In this document: positions 1-7,295 of the stretch, piece by piece
Layout of the letters: each line of letters opens with the position of its first letter
Position numbering within the stretch: position 1 is the stretch's first letter
DNA from: Nitrososphaera viennensis EN76
GTDB lineage: Archaea > Thermoproteota > Nitrososphaeria > Nitrososphaerales > Nitrososphaeraceae
DNA length: 32,000 nt
Assembly: GCF_000698785.1 (NCBI RefSeq)
Contig: NZ_CP007536.1
Coordinates: forward strand, 1,800,001 to 1,832,000
Direction: 5' to 3'
Program-made: the position numbers and the translations under genes
The notes under the pieces: model-generated
Database searches by the model: none
What the model saw: the letters and a program-made list of their open reading frames with translations, nothing else
Told to the model about the DNA's origin: nothing

Positions 1-23
1 TAACTGCTAGCGCTTAAAATTGT

Positions 24-707
24 TTATTTGGGTGACTCGATATTTTCCCGCAATTTTGACAGGTTTTTCCTGCAGTCTGATATGAGAGGCTCCATGTTGC
101 GCTTCAACCCAAACGCGGCGCGGAGAGACTGGATGAATTGCTCCTCCTCCATCCTTCCAATCATGTCTGTGACCTGCTTTACCAGAATACTCTTTGCCCC
201 GCGCGTTGCATGCTTCAAGACTGCATTCCAGTCCACTTCATCGCTCAGCATCACAATGTCGCGCATGTCCACGTCTCTTCCAGAGTGCATCTTCATGGCA
301 ATGAGCAATTCCTTCGTGGACACCGTAACGCTGGCAGAATTCCTTGTGCCCGCTACTATTGTTTCTGTCGAATTATCTTTGACGTATTCATAACTCCACG
401 ATGCCTTGGTCTTGCGCGAGGTAACGCCGTTTATGAACAGATCCACGGATACCCGCATTCCTCCAGTAATGCTTTTCACGTAGATGTCGACCTCGCTCTG
501 GTAGGCCTCGTCAAAACCTTTGGCAGACTTGCCCTTCCTGTAGCCTTCCTTCTTGAGAAGATCTGAAAATTTCTCCGCGTTTTTTCTCGAAATGACCAGA
601 TCGCAGTCCACCGAAAATCTGTGGACAGACAGCGCGCTGACGGCGTACTCGCCGATTACGACAAAGAAGCCTTTCGGCAGCGACGACAGGATTCTGATTA
701 TCTCCAT
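24..707 (-). CDS. Pol-beta-superfamily nucleotidyltransferase, AbiEii-like toxin candidate
   Basis: 227-aa ORF. N-terminal G-x(n)-D-x-D nucleotidyltransferase signature (IGEYAVSALSVHRFSVDCDLVI). Starts 38 nt downstream of a wHTH gene on the same strand, a two-gene cassette layout. Confidence 0.6.
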   Translation of the reverse strand: MEIIRILSSLPKGFFVVIGEYAVSALSVHRFSVDCDLVISRKNAEKFSDLLKKEGYRKGKSAKGFDEAYQSEVDIYVKSITGGMRVSVDLFINGVTSRKTKASWSYEYVKDNSTETIVAGTRNSASVTVSTKELLIAMKMHSGRDVDMRDIVMLSDEVDWNAVLKHATRGAKSILVKQVTDMIGRMEEEQFIQSLRAAFGLKRNMEPLISDCRKNLSKLRENIESPK

Positions 708-745
708 CTCTCTGCTTTCTGGTCATCACGAAGCATTTTTTTGCA

Positions 746-1381
746 TCACGCTAATACGTTGGTCTTGGTTTCTCTGTACTTTGCTCCAAGCTTCAGGTGA
801 TACTCCTCGTCGAGCATTTCAAGCGCCGGCTCGAAAGCATAGATATTGTCCTTGCAAAACTTTACAGTATCGCCAAGAGGGTCTACCCGCAACGATCCGA
901 CCTTTTCAGCCCTTATCCTTTCTTCCTCGGGATAGAGTATGAAGAACAGCCCGAACAGTGTCTCTCTCGGGTTCTCCCCGGACAGCACCGACTTCCAGCC
1001 CCTTTCTGCAAACATCTTTCTCCATTCTGACAGGTCGTCCTTTGCTACTCTAACGTGCACAGGATAGAACCCGAAGAACCTGTCGATGTTGTAACCGCCG
1101 CGGGTCCAGGCGTAGACGGCATCCACGTTTGTAAGCGCATATGGCAGTTTGGCCTTGCGGAGAAAATCGTATGCCTTGCCTGCATCGTATTTGGAAAATA
1201 CGTATTCGCTTGCGCTCCTGACCCTGTACCTTCCCGTGCTGACGCGCTCTATCATGCCCTTCTTGGCCATGTCGTGCAGCACTTTATTTGGATCGGGGCT
1301 GTAGAAGGTCCTGGCAAAGTCTCCACTGGAGAACTCTTTCCTCCAGTTGCCCAGCACGGTCCACAGCTCGCCATAAGACAT
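746..1381 (-). CDS. wHTH protein, AbiEi-like antitoxin/regulator candidate
   Basis: 211-aa ORF. N-terminal winged-helix-like segment (PNKVLHDMAKKGMIERVSTGRYRV). Directly upstream of the NTase gene. TATA-like TTTAAA about 25 nt upstream of the ATG on the minus strand. Confidence 0.5.
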   Translation of the reverse strand: MSYGELWTVLGNWRKEFSSGDFARTFYSPDPNKVLHDMAKKGMIERVSTGRYRVRSASEYVFSKYDAGKAYDFLRKAKLPYALTNVDAVYAWTRGGYNIDRFFGFYPVHVRVAKDDLSEWRKMFAERGWKSVLSGENPRETLFGLFFILYPEEERIRAEKVGSLRVDPLGDTVKFCKDNIYAFEPALEMLDEEYHLKLGAKYRETKTNVLA

Positions 1382-1419
1382 ATGGCTATTACTATGATGG
1401 TAAGTCTTTAAATAGATTG

Positions 1420-1427
1420 TGGATTAC
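1420..1427. repeat. Left copy of 8-bp target-site duplication TGGATTAC
   Basis: The identical octamer abuts the outer edge of both 60-bp terminal inverted repeats (1420-1427 and 4951-4958). Confidence 0.8.
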
Positions 1428-1487
1428 GGTGCTGTTACGTCTCCGATTGATCAGTCTGCCTGAATAGGCTGTTACAATTCGGTTGAT
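1428..1487. repeat. Left terminal inverted repeat (60 bp)
   Basis: GGTGCTGTTACGTCTCCGATTGATCAGTCTGCCTGAATAGGCTGTTACAATTCGGTTGAT is the exact reverse complement of 4891-4950, checked base by base. It contains GCTGTTAC twice. Confidence 0.9.
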
Positions 1488-1489
1488 GA

Positions 1490-2986
1490 TTGCTGCAATT
1501 TTATAATGTGATACTCAGAGACCTGCTGCTTTCTGATCCCACCACTTCAAACAAAACAATTCTTCTTAGACCCAAGAAAGTTACGCCAAAAGATAGATTC
1601 AACCTATATAGAATAAAGTATAATAACACATCATCTGAGAATCTTACAGTTATGCTTTCAATAACTCTACCCATGGAAGAGGAATTATGCAACAAATTCA
1701 TTAATTATGCGAGAACTAACAAACCTTTCAAGTACCAAAGTTTACGCGCCGAAGAGAAAAATCTGATAGTTGATCTTGATGAGACGCATGTAAGCACTAT
1801 AAACGAGTTTTTTGCATCATTAATTCATTTTGGTCGTCAAGAAGGAGTCAGTGCCAAAGAAGTTGACGAAATGATAGGCAAAGGCGACTATCAAGACATA
1901 GCCTTGGCTGCTGGCGGAAATCACTTCATCAATCAGTTTATACCAATAATGCTAAGCAAGCAAGAAGATTACAAGTGGATGACAGAACGGGCTCTTTGCA
2001 CTCAAATAATGCCTTTTATGAGAGTGCCCCTGTGTAGAGTGTTCCAGAGCTTTTCCTTCGGTGAGGATTTGCCGAGAGTTTATGGTTATGAACTAAAGAA
2101 AGCTCCAGAGACGGAATATATTAAAAAGACGCCCAAAATGTTCTCGACAGGTAAACCTGATGACGAGAACAAGATAGAGCAGCATTGTGCTAACATCAAA
2201 GGTCTAGGATATTTCGTGAGACAAGACCTTTTGCCTAAAGAGCTGGATGTGCAATTGGTTAGGCTGTCTGACAGAGCAAATCAACTTGCATCACAATTAG
2301 GAGTAAAACTGAATTCAGTGATCTTGACTATGCTTGATTATCCTTACGCTGCAAAACAATTGCAGTCCGTGTTAATTGTTAACCTGCGGCGTATCGAGCA
2401 ATGGCAAACAATTTTGAATAATGATCGCCTTCTTGATGCAGTTCTAACCTATCATCTTTCACATGCCATGAAAAGTACACCGGTTATGATACATCAAGAA
2501 TGGTTAGTCAACTTTGTATCGCTTGCAAGTGCCTACGAACATAGACCGGCCTTCAATATGCAATTGCTGCAGACGGCACTTGATTACTATAAAGGACATT
2601 ACATGTATGCCCTGTCTGATCTAGCCACCTTTAGACTTATGAATAGCGAAGATTTGAGAGTCTTTCTTGATTATTATGCAAAACAAGAGCTTCTTTCAAG
2701 AATGGAAAAAGAGCTCGAAATTGCAGGCAAACCCCGTTTTGACTCGCTGCTACTTGCAGCCGCCCTCGATGTTGCGGCTAGGAGAAAGGAGTTAGACATG
2801 CAGAGTGTAAAACAAGTTCGAGAGATGGCAGACGAAATTCCATTTTACAACGCGATAGTTAACCTCATGAATGAGGTCTGGGAAAAATCAAGTGGTCAGG
2901 ATTCGGTTTATCCTGCGGCCACTTTTGAAAACCTAGTGCGCGAAATGTTTCGCTATGCAATGCCAGATAAGCCTGTACCTTTCTAA
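1490..2986 (+). CDS. Hypothetical protein, transposon cargo (no recognisable domain)
   Basis: 498-aa ORF opening with TTG 2 nt after IRL. A more likely leaderless ATG is at 1652, preceded by the TATA-like CTATATAGAATAAAGTATAATAAC. Predicted mostly helical. I see no Walker A, nuclease or HTH motif. Visibly AT-richer than the transposase gene. Confidence 0.6.
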   Translation: MLQFYNVILRDLLLSDPTTSNKTILLRPKKVTPKDRFNLYRIKYNNTSSENLTVMLSITLPMEEELCNKFINYARTNKPFKYQSLRAEEKNLIVDLDETHVSTINEFFASLIHFGRQEGVSAKEVDEMIGKGDYQDIALAAGGNHFINQFIPIMLSKQEDYKWMTERALCTQIMPFMRVPLCRVFQSFSFGEDLPRVYGYELKKAPETEYIKKTPKMFSTGKPDDENKIEQHCANIKGLGYFVRQDLLPKELDVQLVRLSDRANQLASQLGVKLNSVILTMLDYPYAAKQLQSVLIVNLRRIEQWQTILNNDRLLDAVLTYHLSHAMKSTPVMIHQEWLVNFVSLASAYEHRPAFNMQLLQTALDYYKGHYMYALSDLATFRLMNSEDLRVFLDYYAKQELLSRMEKELEIAGKPRFDSLLLAAALDVAARRKELDMQSVKQVREMADEIPFYNAIVNLMNEVWEKSSGQDSVYPAATFENLVREMFRYAMPDKPVPF

Positions 2987-3198
2987 CTCTCATTGTGTGC
3001 TAATGCGCTGACAACGACAACTAGATTATTGTCCTTGGCCTGAATTTCCCATCTCAGCTTTCCACCTTCTTTTAGCCTCAATTGCCTAGTAATAGACATT
3101 GGAATAGTGGTGCGCAAAGACTGGCTGCGCGTGTTTGCCTTTGTCAATACTGTAATGTCGCCTTGCGACTCTTCGCTCATCAGTAAATTATTCTCCAA
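2983..3198 (-). CDS. AbrB/SpoVT-type (MazE-like looped-hinge) DNA-binding protein
   Basis: 71-aa ORF with the motif RTTIPMSITRQLRLKEGGKLRWEI..DNNLVVV, typical of SpoVT/AbrB domains. The likely true start is the ATG at 3180 (MSEESQ), about 25 nt from the TATA-like CTTTATATGC. Its stop codon overlaps the stop of the convergent 498-aa ORF. Confidence 0.65.
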   Translation of the reverse strand: MENNLLMSEESQGDITVLTKANTRSQSLRTTIPMSITRQLRLKEGGKLRWEIQAKDNNLVVVVSALAHNES

Positions 3199-3210
3199 AA
3201 GTGCATATAA

Positions 3211-3265
3211 AGTTACCTACATAGTTACCTATAGATTTATATATGTAGGTAACTAATTAGGTAAC
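3211..3265. promoter_or_regulatory. Symmetric four-site operator overlapping divergent promoters of the abrB-like and transposase genes
   Basis: AGTTACCTA at 3211-3219 and 3223-3231. Its reverse complement TAGGTAACT is at 3246-3254, and TAGGTAAC at 3258-3265. The sites are placed exactly symmetrically around the TATA-like GATTTATATATG (3232-3245). The transposase GTG start at 3266 abuts the last site. Confidence 0.6.
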
Positions 3266-4402
3266 GTGCAAGAGGTCAACTACCGCGAGCAACGGGGCAA
3301 GGCGATAGCCGAGACGGAAAACGCCGTGAGAAAACTGGACGAGAATACTTTTGCTGTCAAGTCTCAATCTGGAAAAGGCGAGTACACTGTCATCAATTCG
3401 GAGCTTGGTTATCTCTGCTCTTGTCCCGATAGCCTCTACCGAGGTGTTGTCTGCAAACATGCCTTTGCTGTCGCTATTCGCCAGCAGCTACACGCCTCAA
3501 TTTTAGCTTCGAAATTGGTAGTTGAGCCTCTATCTGTACAAAATTGCATTTTCTGCCAGTCTGCCAACCTAAAGAAGTACGGGATACGGAAGAACAAGAG
3601 TGGCAACATACAGCGTTTCCTGTGCGCAAACTGCACCAAGACTTTCAGTATCAACATTGGCTTTGAGAAGATGAAACATGACCCAAAGGCAGTAACTACG
3701 GCCATGCAATTGTACTTTAGCGGAGAGAGCCTTCGCAATACGCAACGCTCTCTCAGGCTGATAGGCATTGATGTGTCATACGTCACTGTCTATCGCTGGA
3801 TAGGCAAGTACGTGACGCTAATGCAAGACTATGTAGAGAAGTTACAGCCGCCAGTGTCGGATACATGGAGGGCAGATGAGATTTACGTCAAGATAAAAGG
3901 CGACATGAAGTACGTTTTCGCTCTCATGGATGACGAGACACGCTATTGGATAGCCCAAGAGGTGGCAGATACCAAATACAAGCATGACGCTCGCTCAATT
4001 TTCAGAAAGGGCAAAGAGCTTACTGGCAAAAAGCCAATGAAGCTGATAACTGACGGCCTTCCTGCTTACCGGGACGCATATCTCAAGGAGTTTTGGACGC
4101 TGAAAAAGGAAACGAGGACAGAGCACGTAAACACGATAAAGCTGGCTGGTAACATGCAGAATAACAAGATGGAGCGTATGAACGGGGAGATAAGAGATAG
4201 AGAGAAGGTCATGCGCGGTTTGAAAAAGAGGGATTCGCCCATACTAAAGGGCATTCAGCTATACCACAACGCGATACGAGAGCATCAGGGGTTGAACGGC
4301 AAGACTCCACTAGAGGTATGTGGCATTAAAGTTGAAGGCGAGAACAAATGGATAACGCTAATACAGAACGCGACTGAAACAATAAATCGTAGGGCGAATT
4401 AG
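3266..4402 (+). CDS. IS6/IS240-type DDE transposase with N-terminal SWIM zinc finger and zinc ribbon
   Basis: 378 aa. CSCPDSLYRGVVCKHAFAV is a SWIM-type CxC..CxH motif. CIFCQS...CANC is a zinc ribbon. DDE core: WRADEIYVKIKGDMKYVFALMDDETRYWI, LITDGLPAY, NNKMERMNGEIRDREK. Confidence 0.85.
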   Translation: MQEVNYREQRGKAIAETENAVRKLDENTFAVKSQSGKGEYTVINSELGYLCSCPDSLYRGVVCKHAFAVAIRQQLHASILASKLVVEPLSVQNCIFCQSANLKKYGIRKNKSGNIQRFLCANCTKTFSINIGFEKMKHDPKAVTTAMQLYFSGESLRNTQRSLRLIGIDVSYVTVYRWIGKYVTLMQDYVEKLQPPVSDTWRADEIYVKIKGDMKYVFALMDDETRYWIAQEVADTKYKHDARSIFRKGKELTGKKPMKLITDGLPAYRDAYLKEFWTLKKETRTEHVNTIKLAGNMQNNKMERMNGEIRDREKVMRGLKKRDSPILKGIQLYHNAIREHQGLNGKTPLEVCGIKVEGENKWITLIQNATETINRRAN

Positions 4403-4409
4403 CCAAGTT

Positions 4410-4889
4410 ATGACGCGAAAGTCGCTTGATGAATCAGACCGCATATATCGTCATGTCAAAAGTGAAATTGAAAGGATAATCGGCGCGCGTGTTAAGGAAA
4501 AAGGGACAAATGTTTGGGAATTGCCCAAGCCCTATGGCCACATTCTCAACGTTCACATAAGCACCGCCAAATCATACTTTTGGAACTTTTATCGAAATAA
4601 AATACAGGAAATTGAACGAGAAACAGAAAGTTGGTCTATTCTCCTTGTTGGAGGTAGGATACTCAAAACTTACGATGATGAAAAGGGCGACGGAGAGAAG
4701 GTGTACCTGAAATCCATCTACAACATATCTTCTGAGGAATACCAAAAGCGTGTTAATGGCTATTGGACTGAACGTGAGGATGGAGGATTCAAAATAAATG
4801 ATGAAGGTCAAGATTTGAGAGGCATTTCCTCTTTTGCATCGGTTAAGGATGCACTAAACGACATAATCATTCACCATAAAAAATCATAA
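4410..4889 (+). CDS. Hypothetical protein, transposon cargo
   Basis: 159-aa ORF. It starts 8 nt after the transposase stop and ends 1 nt before IRR. No recognisable motif. Confidence 0.55.
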   Translation: MTRKSLDESDRIYRHVKSEIERIIGARVKEKGTNVWELPKPYGHILNVHISTAKSYFWNFYRNKIQEIERETESWSILLVGGRILKTYDDEKGDGEKVYLKSIYNISSEEYQKRVNGYWTEREDGGFKINDEGQDLRGISSFASVKDALNDIIIHHKKS

Positions 4890-4890
4890 T

Positions 4891-4950
4891 ATCAACCGAA
4901 TTGTAACAGCCTATTCAGGCAGACTGATCAATCGGAGACGTAACAGCACC
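4891..4950. repeat. Right terminal inverted repeat (60 bp)
   Basis: Exact reverse complement of 1428-1487. Confidence 0.9.
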
Positions 4951-4958
4951 TGGATTAC
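4951..4958. repeat. Right copy of 8-bp target-site duplication TGGATTAC
   Basis: Identical to 1420-1427 and immediately outside IRR. Confidence 0.8.
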
Positions 4959-4984
4959 TATAATGGTAGTATCACAACAGCAAT

Positions 4985-5063
4985 AGTTCTGGTGGGAAGT
5001 CGGCTGATTTTGATGCCTGTTTTTCTATTGCAATAGACAATCAGTCATTTTTCCACCAGCACT
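4985..5063 (-). mobile_element. 79-bp MITE-like element, copy 1 (inverted relative to copies 2 and 3)
   Basis: Exact reverse complement of 9647-9725 and 14099-14177. Termini are AGTGCTGGTGG / AGTTCTGGTGG (imperfect TIR), with an internal palindrome TCTATTGCAATAGA. Confidence 0.75.
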
Positions 5064-5073
5064 CTCGTCATCA

Positions 5074-6441
5074 TTATGCATCAAGTCCAACAAAGTCCTT
5101 CCAGCTTTCATCTTCTAATGTGTCTAGAAGCCTGCCAAGGCCTCCAAAATGGGACTTGCCGGCCGGCATGAAGATATTATTTTTCTCGTCTTCCTTTCTC
5201 TCGTGCTCTTTCTTTTTCTGCACAACATTTTTCCACCAGTCAGGAAAACATGCGCTTCCAACTATCTCCGGCGATATGTTGAGTTTGTACTGCGTCCCAT
5301 ATCCGTGTCTTCCCCGTGAGCTGGTCTGCGAAACAACGAGCCCGGTGTTGTCCAGTTCTGTCAGCAATTCTGAAACTCTCCTGTACGTCAGCGGCCTTGT
5401 ATCTTTCCGAATAATCTTGCAGTACTGTGCATAGATGACAGATGTCGAGTGCCACGCCTCACCGGTCAGGTACGTTATCCGCGCAAGCGCTGCGCATGCA
5501 AGTTTTAGATGATAGGATGCGCTCGAAAGCGCCAGGTTTACCCTGTCTTTCTGCAGCTGATCTGTGGCCGCATCAACATGCACATTAGCCAATTTCTCCT
5601 CTTTAAAGCTAGCAATCTCTGCAGCTACCCTGAGGAGGTCGATGGCACGTCTTGCGTCGCCGTGCTCCTCAGAGCTCTTTTCTGCGCAGTACTCCAGGAC
5701 AGCAGGATCGACTGGCGCCGAGAATGCCTTGGCAGCCCTTTCCCTCAGTATCTCAAGCACATCCTTCTTTGTGTATGCAGGAAAGAACACCTCTGTTGAT
5801 CCCATCCTCGACCTTACCCTGTCGTCCACTTCGTAGTCTGCCATCACGTTGTTAGAGATGACTATTATGCAGGAAAGGACTCCTTTCTCGCGCAGCTTTT
5901 CCTCCATCACCAAAAGCTTGTAGATAAAGTCAGATGGCTTGCCACGCTTGTCGTAAAAGAGCACGTCAAATTCATCCAGGACCAAGACAAAGAGTCTCTT
6001 GCCCTTTGACAAGGATTCAATGGCGCCCTGAATCTTTTCCACCGCGACATTGATTCCCTGCGCACTCTTTAGGCTCGGTTCCCCCATTTCGCCCAGGATC
6101 AAATTCGCGCAGCCAAAAACTGTCTTGGCCCTGCGCAGGTTGACAAAGCAGCACAACGCATCATCCAGGTTCTCGCAGACAAACCTGACGACTGTGGACT
6201 TGCCCGCGCCACTTCTTCCGTAGACTGAAATAAACGGAACTACATGACCCTTCTTGTAGCCTGCAATCAGCCGCACAAGCTCCATTGCCTTCTCTTTGCG
6301 GCCAACTATTGAGGAGGGAAACGTCAGAGTGTCGAGAAGGTCTTTTCTTGCAAAGAGCAGGTTTTCCTTCTCAACTTCCGATAACATCCTATCGATATCC
6401 GTCTTGCTCAGCTCCAACCTTTCCATTTCCACTGGAAACAC
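5074..6441 (-). CDS. cdc6: Orc1/Cdc6-family AAA+ replication initiator homologue
   Basis: 455 aa. Walker A GRSGAGKST, Walker B LVLDEFD, and a C-terminal winged-helix region (RRVSELLTELDNTGLV). The tail after the wH domain is about 55 aa, unusually long. The track start is GTG 6441; an ATG at 6426 (MERLEL) is an alternative. Confidence 0.9.
   Translation of the reverse strand: MFPVEMERLELSKTDIDRMLSEVEKENLLFARKDLLDTLTFPSSIVGRKEKAMELVRLIAGYKKGHVVPFISVYGRSGAGKSTVVRFVCENLDDALCCFVNLRRAKTVFGCANLILGEMGEPSLKSAQGINVAVEKIQGAIESLSKGKRLFVLVLDEFDVLFYDKRGKPSDFIYKLLVMEEKLREKGVLSCIIVISNNVMADYEVDDRVRSRMGSTEVFFPAYTKKDVLEILRERAAKAFSAPVDPAVLEYCAEKSSEEHGDARRAIDLLRVAAEIASFKEEKLANVHVDAATDQLQKDRVNLALSSASYHLKLACAALARITYLTGEAWHSTSVIYAQYCKIIRKDTRPLTYRRVSELLTELDNTGLVVSQTSSRGRHGYGTQYKLNISPEIVGSACFPDWWKNVVQKKKEHERKEDEKNNIFMPAGKSHFGGLGRLLDTLEDESWKDFVGLDA
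6427..6439. promoter_or_regulatory. Single ORB-core-like dyad between the TATA box and the orc1/cdc6 start
   Basis: The plus strand reads TTCCACTGGAAAC and the minus strand TTTCCAGTGGAAAT. This matches the archaeal origin-recognition-box core as I remember it (TTCCAGTGGAAA). TTTATATATG lies just upstream on the minus strand. Only one copy was seen. Confidence 0.35.
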
Positions 6442-6531
6442 ATATATAAATTTGAGACATGGACGCGTTGCTACACAGATAATCCATCGCCCGATGAATA
6501 TGGGTATAACAAGGGATCAAACAGCTAGGCA

Positions 6532-6698
6532 GGTGAAGAAAAAAAGCTGTTGCAGACAGGCGACACCATTACTATACCACAGCGCACAGTTCACAGGCTG
6601 GAGGGAGCAGGAACAGACGCCATAATTTTGAAATTTCAAAAGGAGAGTTTGACGAGGCTGACATTATAAGGATAGAAGACGACTACAAGAGAGCCTGA
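6532..6698 (+). pseudogene. C-terminal remnant of a cupin (type II phosphomannose-isomerase-like) gene, frameshifted
   Basis: Translates to GEEKKLLQTGDTITIPQRTVHRLEGAGTDAIIL. After a 1-nt frame change it continues EISKGEFDEADIIRIEDDYKRA*. This parallels the C-terminus of the intact cupin at 25924-26262 (GKEKRLLQTGESITIPKGTIHRLEGAGTDAVILEISKGDFDEADIIRIEDDYARK*). The N-terminal half is absent. Confidence 0.7.
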
Positions 6699-6767
6699 CT
6701 TTAAGTTGCAGATAATCCCTTAAAACTAGTTGAACTTATATAAGAAAGTAAAGTAGTCCCATACAAA

Positions 6768-7232
6768 TTGAAGATAGGCAAAGCGATTTCTATCGAACTG
6801 GACGATGGTCAGAGATTAAGTCTTTCTTTGAAAGAGGCAGGTGAGCTTTACCTGAAACTTGGAAATATGCTGACAGACGGCAGAGAAGCCGGAAAAAAGA
6901 AAAGCGGCAGAAAATCCAGAACCACCTTTGCCGGGTCTTCTCGTACAACAGTCACCATGAGCGACGCCAGGAGACAAGAGATACTGGAGCACCTCAACAA
7001 GCAGGTATCAGATACTCCTAGGACCCTTACGAACCTCCTGAAAGGCGTAAAATATTCTCCCAGTCAGCTACCTCTTATACGAAACATGGTTGAGAGTCAG
7101 CAGAGCATCAGAGCAAAGGCCAAAGGAAAGAGAACTCTGTACCTTAGAAAGAGAACCAAGGTGGCAGCAACAAAGGCAGCAAAGGCATTAAAGGGAACAG
7201 AAAGCGGGACGACATCGGTAGGCGCGGCCTAA
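6768..7232 (+). CDS. Hypothetical basic protein, possible wHTH
   Basis: 154-aa ORF with a TTG start about 25 nt after the TATA-like CTTATATAAG. Lys/Arg-rich. The segment RRQEILEHLNKQVSDTPRTLTNLLKGV is HTH-like. Confidence 0.4.
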   Translation: MKIGKAISIELDDGQRLSLSLKEAGELYLKLGNMLTDGREAGKKKSGRKSRTTFAGSSRTTVTMSDARRQEILEHLNKQVSDTPRTLTNLLKGVKYSPSQLPLIRNMVESQQSIRAKAKGKRTLYLRKRTKVAATKAAKALKGTESGTTSVGAA

Positions 7233-7295
7233 AGCTGCTTGCGAATACTTCTTTTTCTTCTTCATTTCGTTTATCATAGCCAATAAACACATGCC

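Larger units (their letters stand above)
1428..4950 (+). mobile_element. IS6-family-like transposon (3523 bp) carrying three passenger genes
   Basis: 60-bp perfect terminal inverted repeats, an 8-bp direct-repeat flank, and an internal IS6/IS240-type DDE transposase. ORFs fill the element from edge to edge. Confidence 0.8.

Noticed and set aside
4985-5063. MITE termini as ORB-like Orc1/Cdc6 binding sites (CTGGTGGAAAA versus the ORB core CAGTGGAAA), given that the MITE abuts the 3' end of orc1/cdc6
   Set aside because: Only a partial match (the GTGGAAA core). The dyad TCCA-N-TGGA is not preserved. Similarity to the IS6-like IR tip is a simpler explanation.
6442-6767. Replication origin (oriC) in the orc1/cdc6 upstream intergenic region
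   Set aside because: There is only one ORB-like dyad and it overlaps the gene start. There are no inverted ORB pairs flanking an AT-rich unwinding element, and most of the spacer is a cupin pseudogene.
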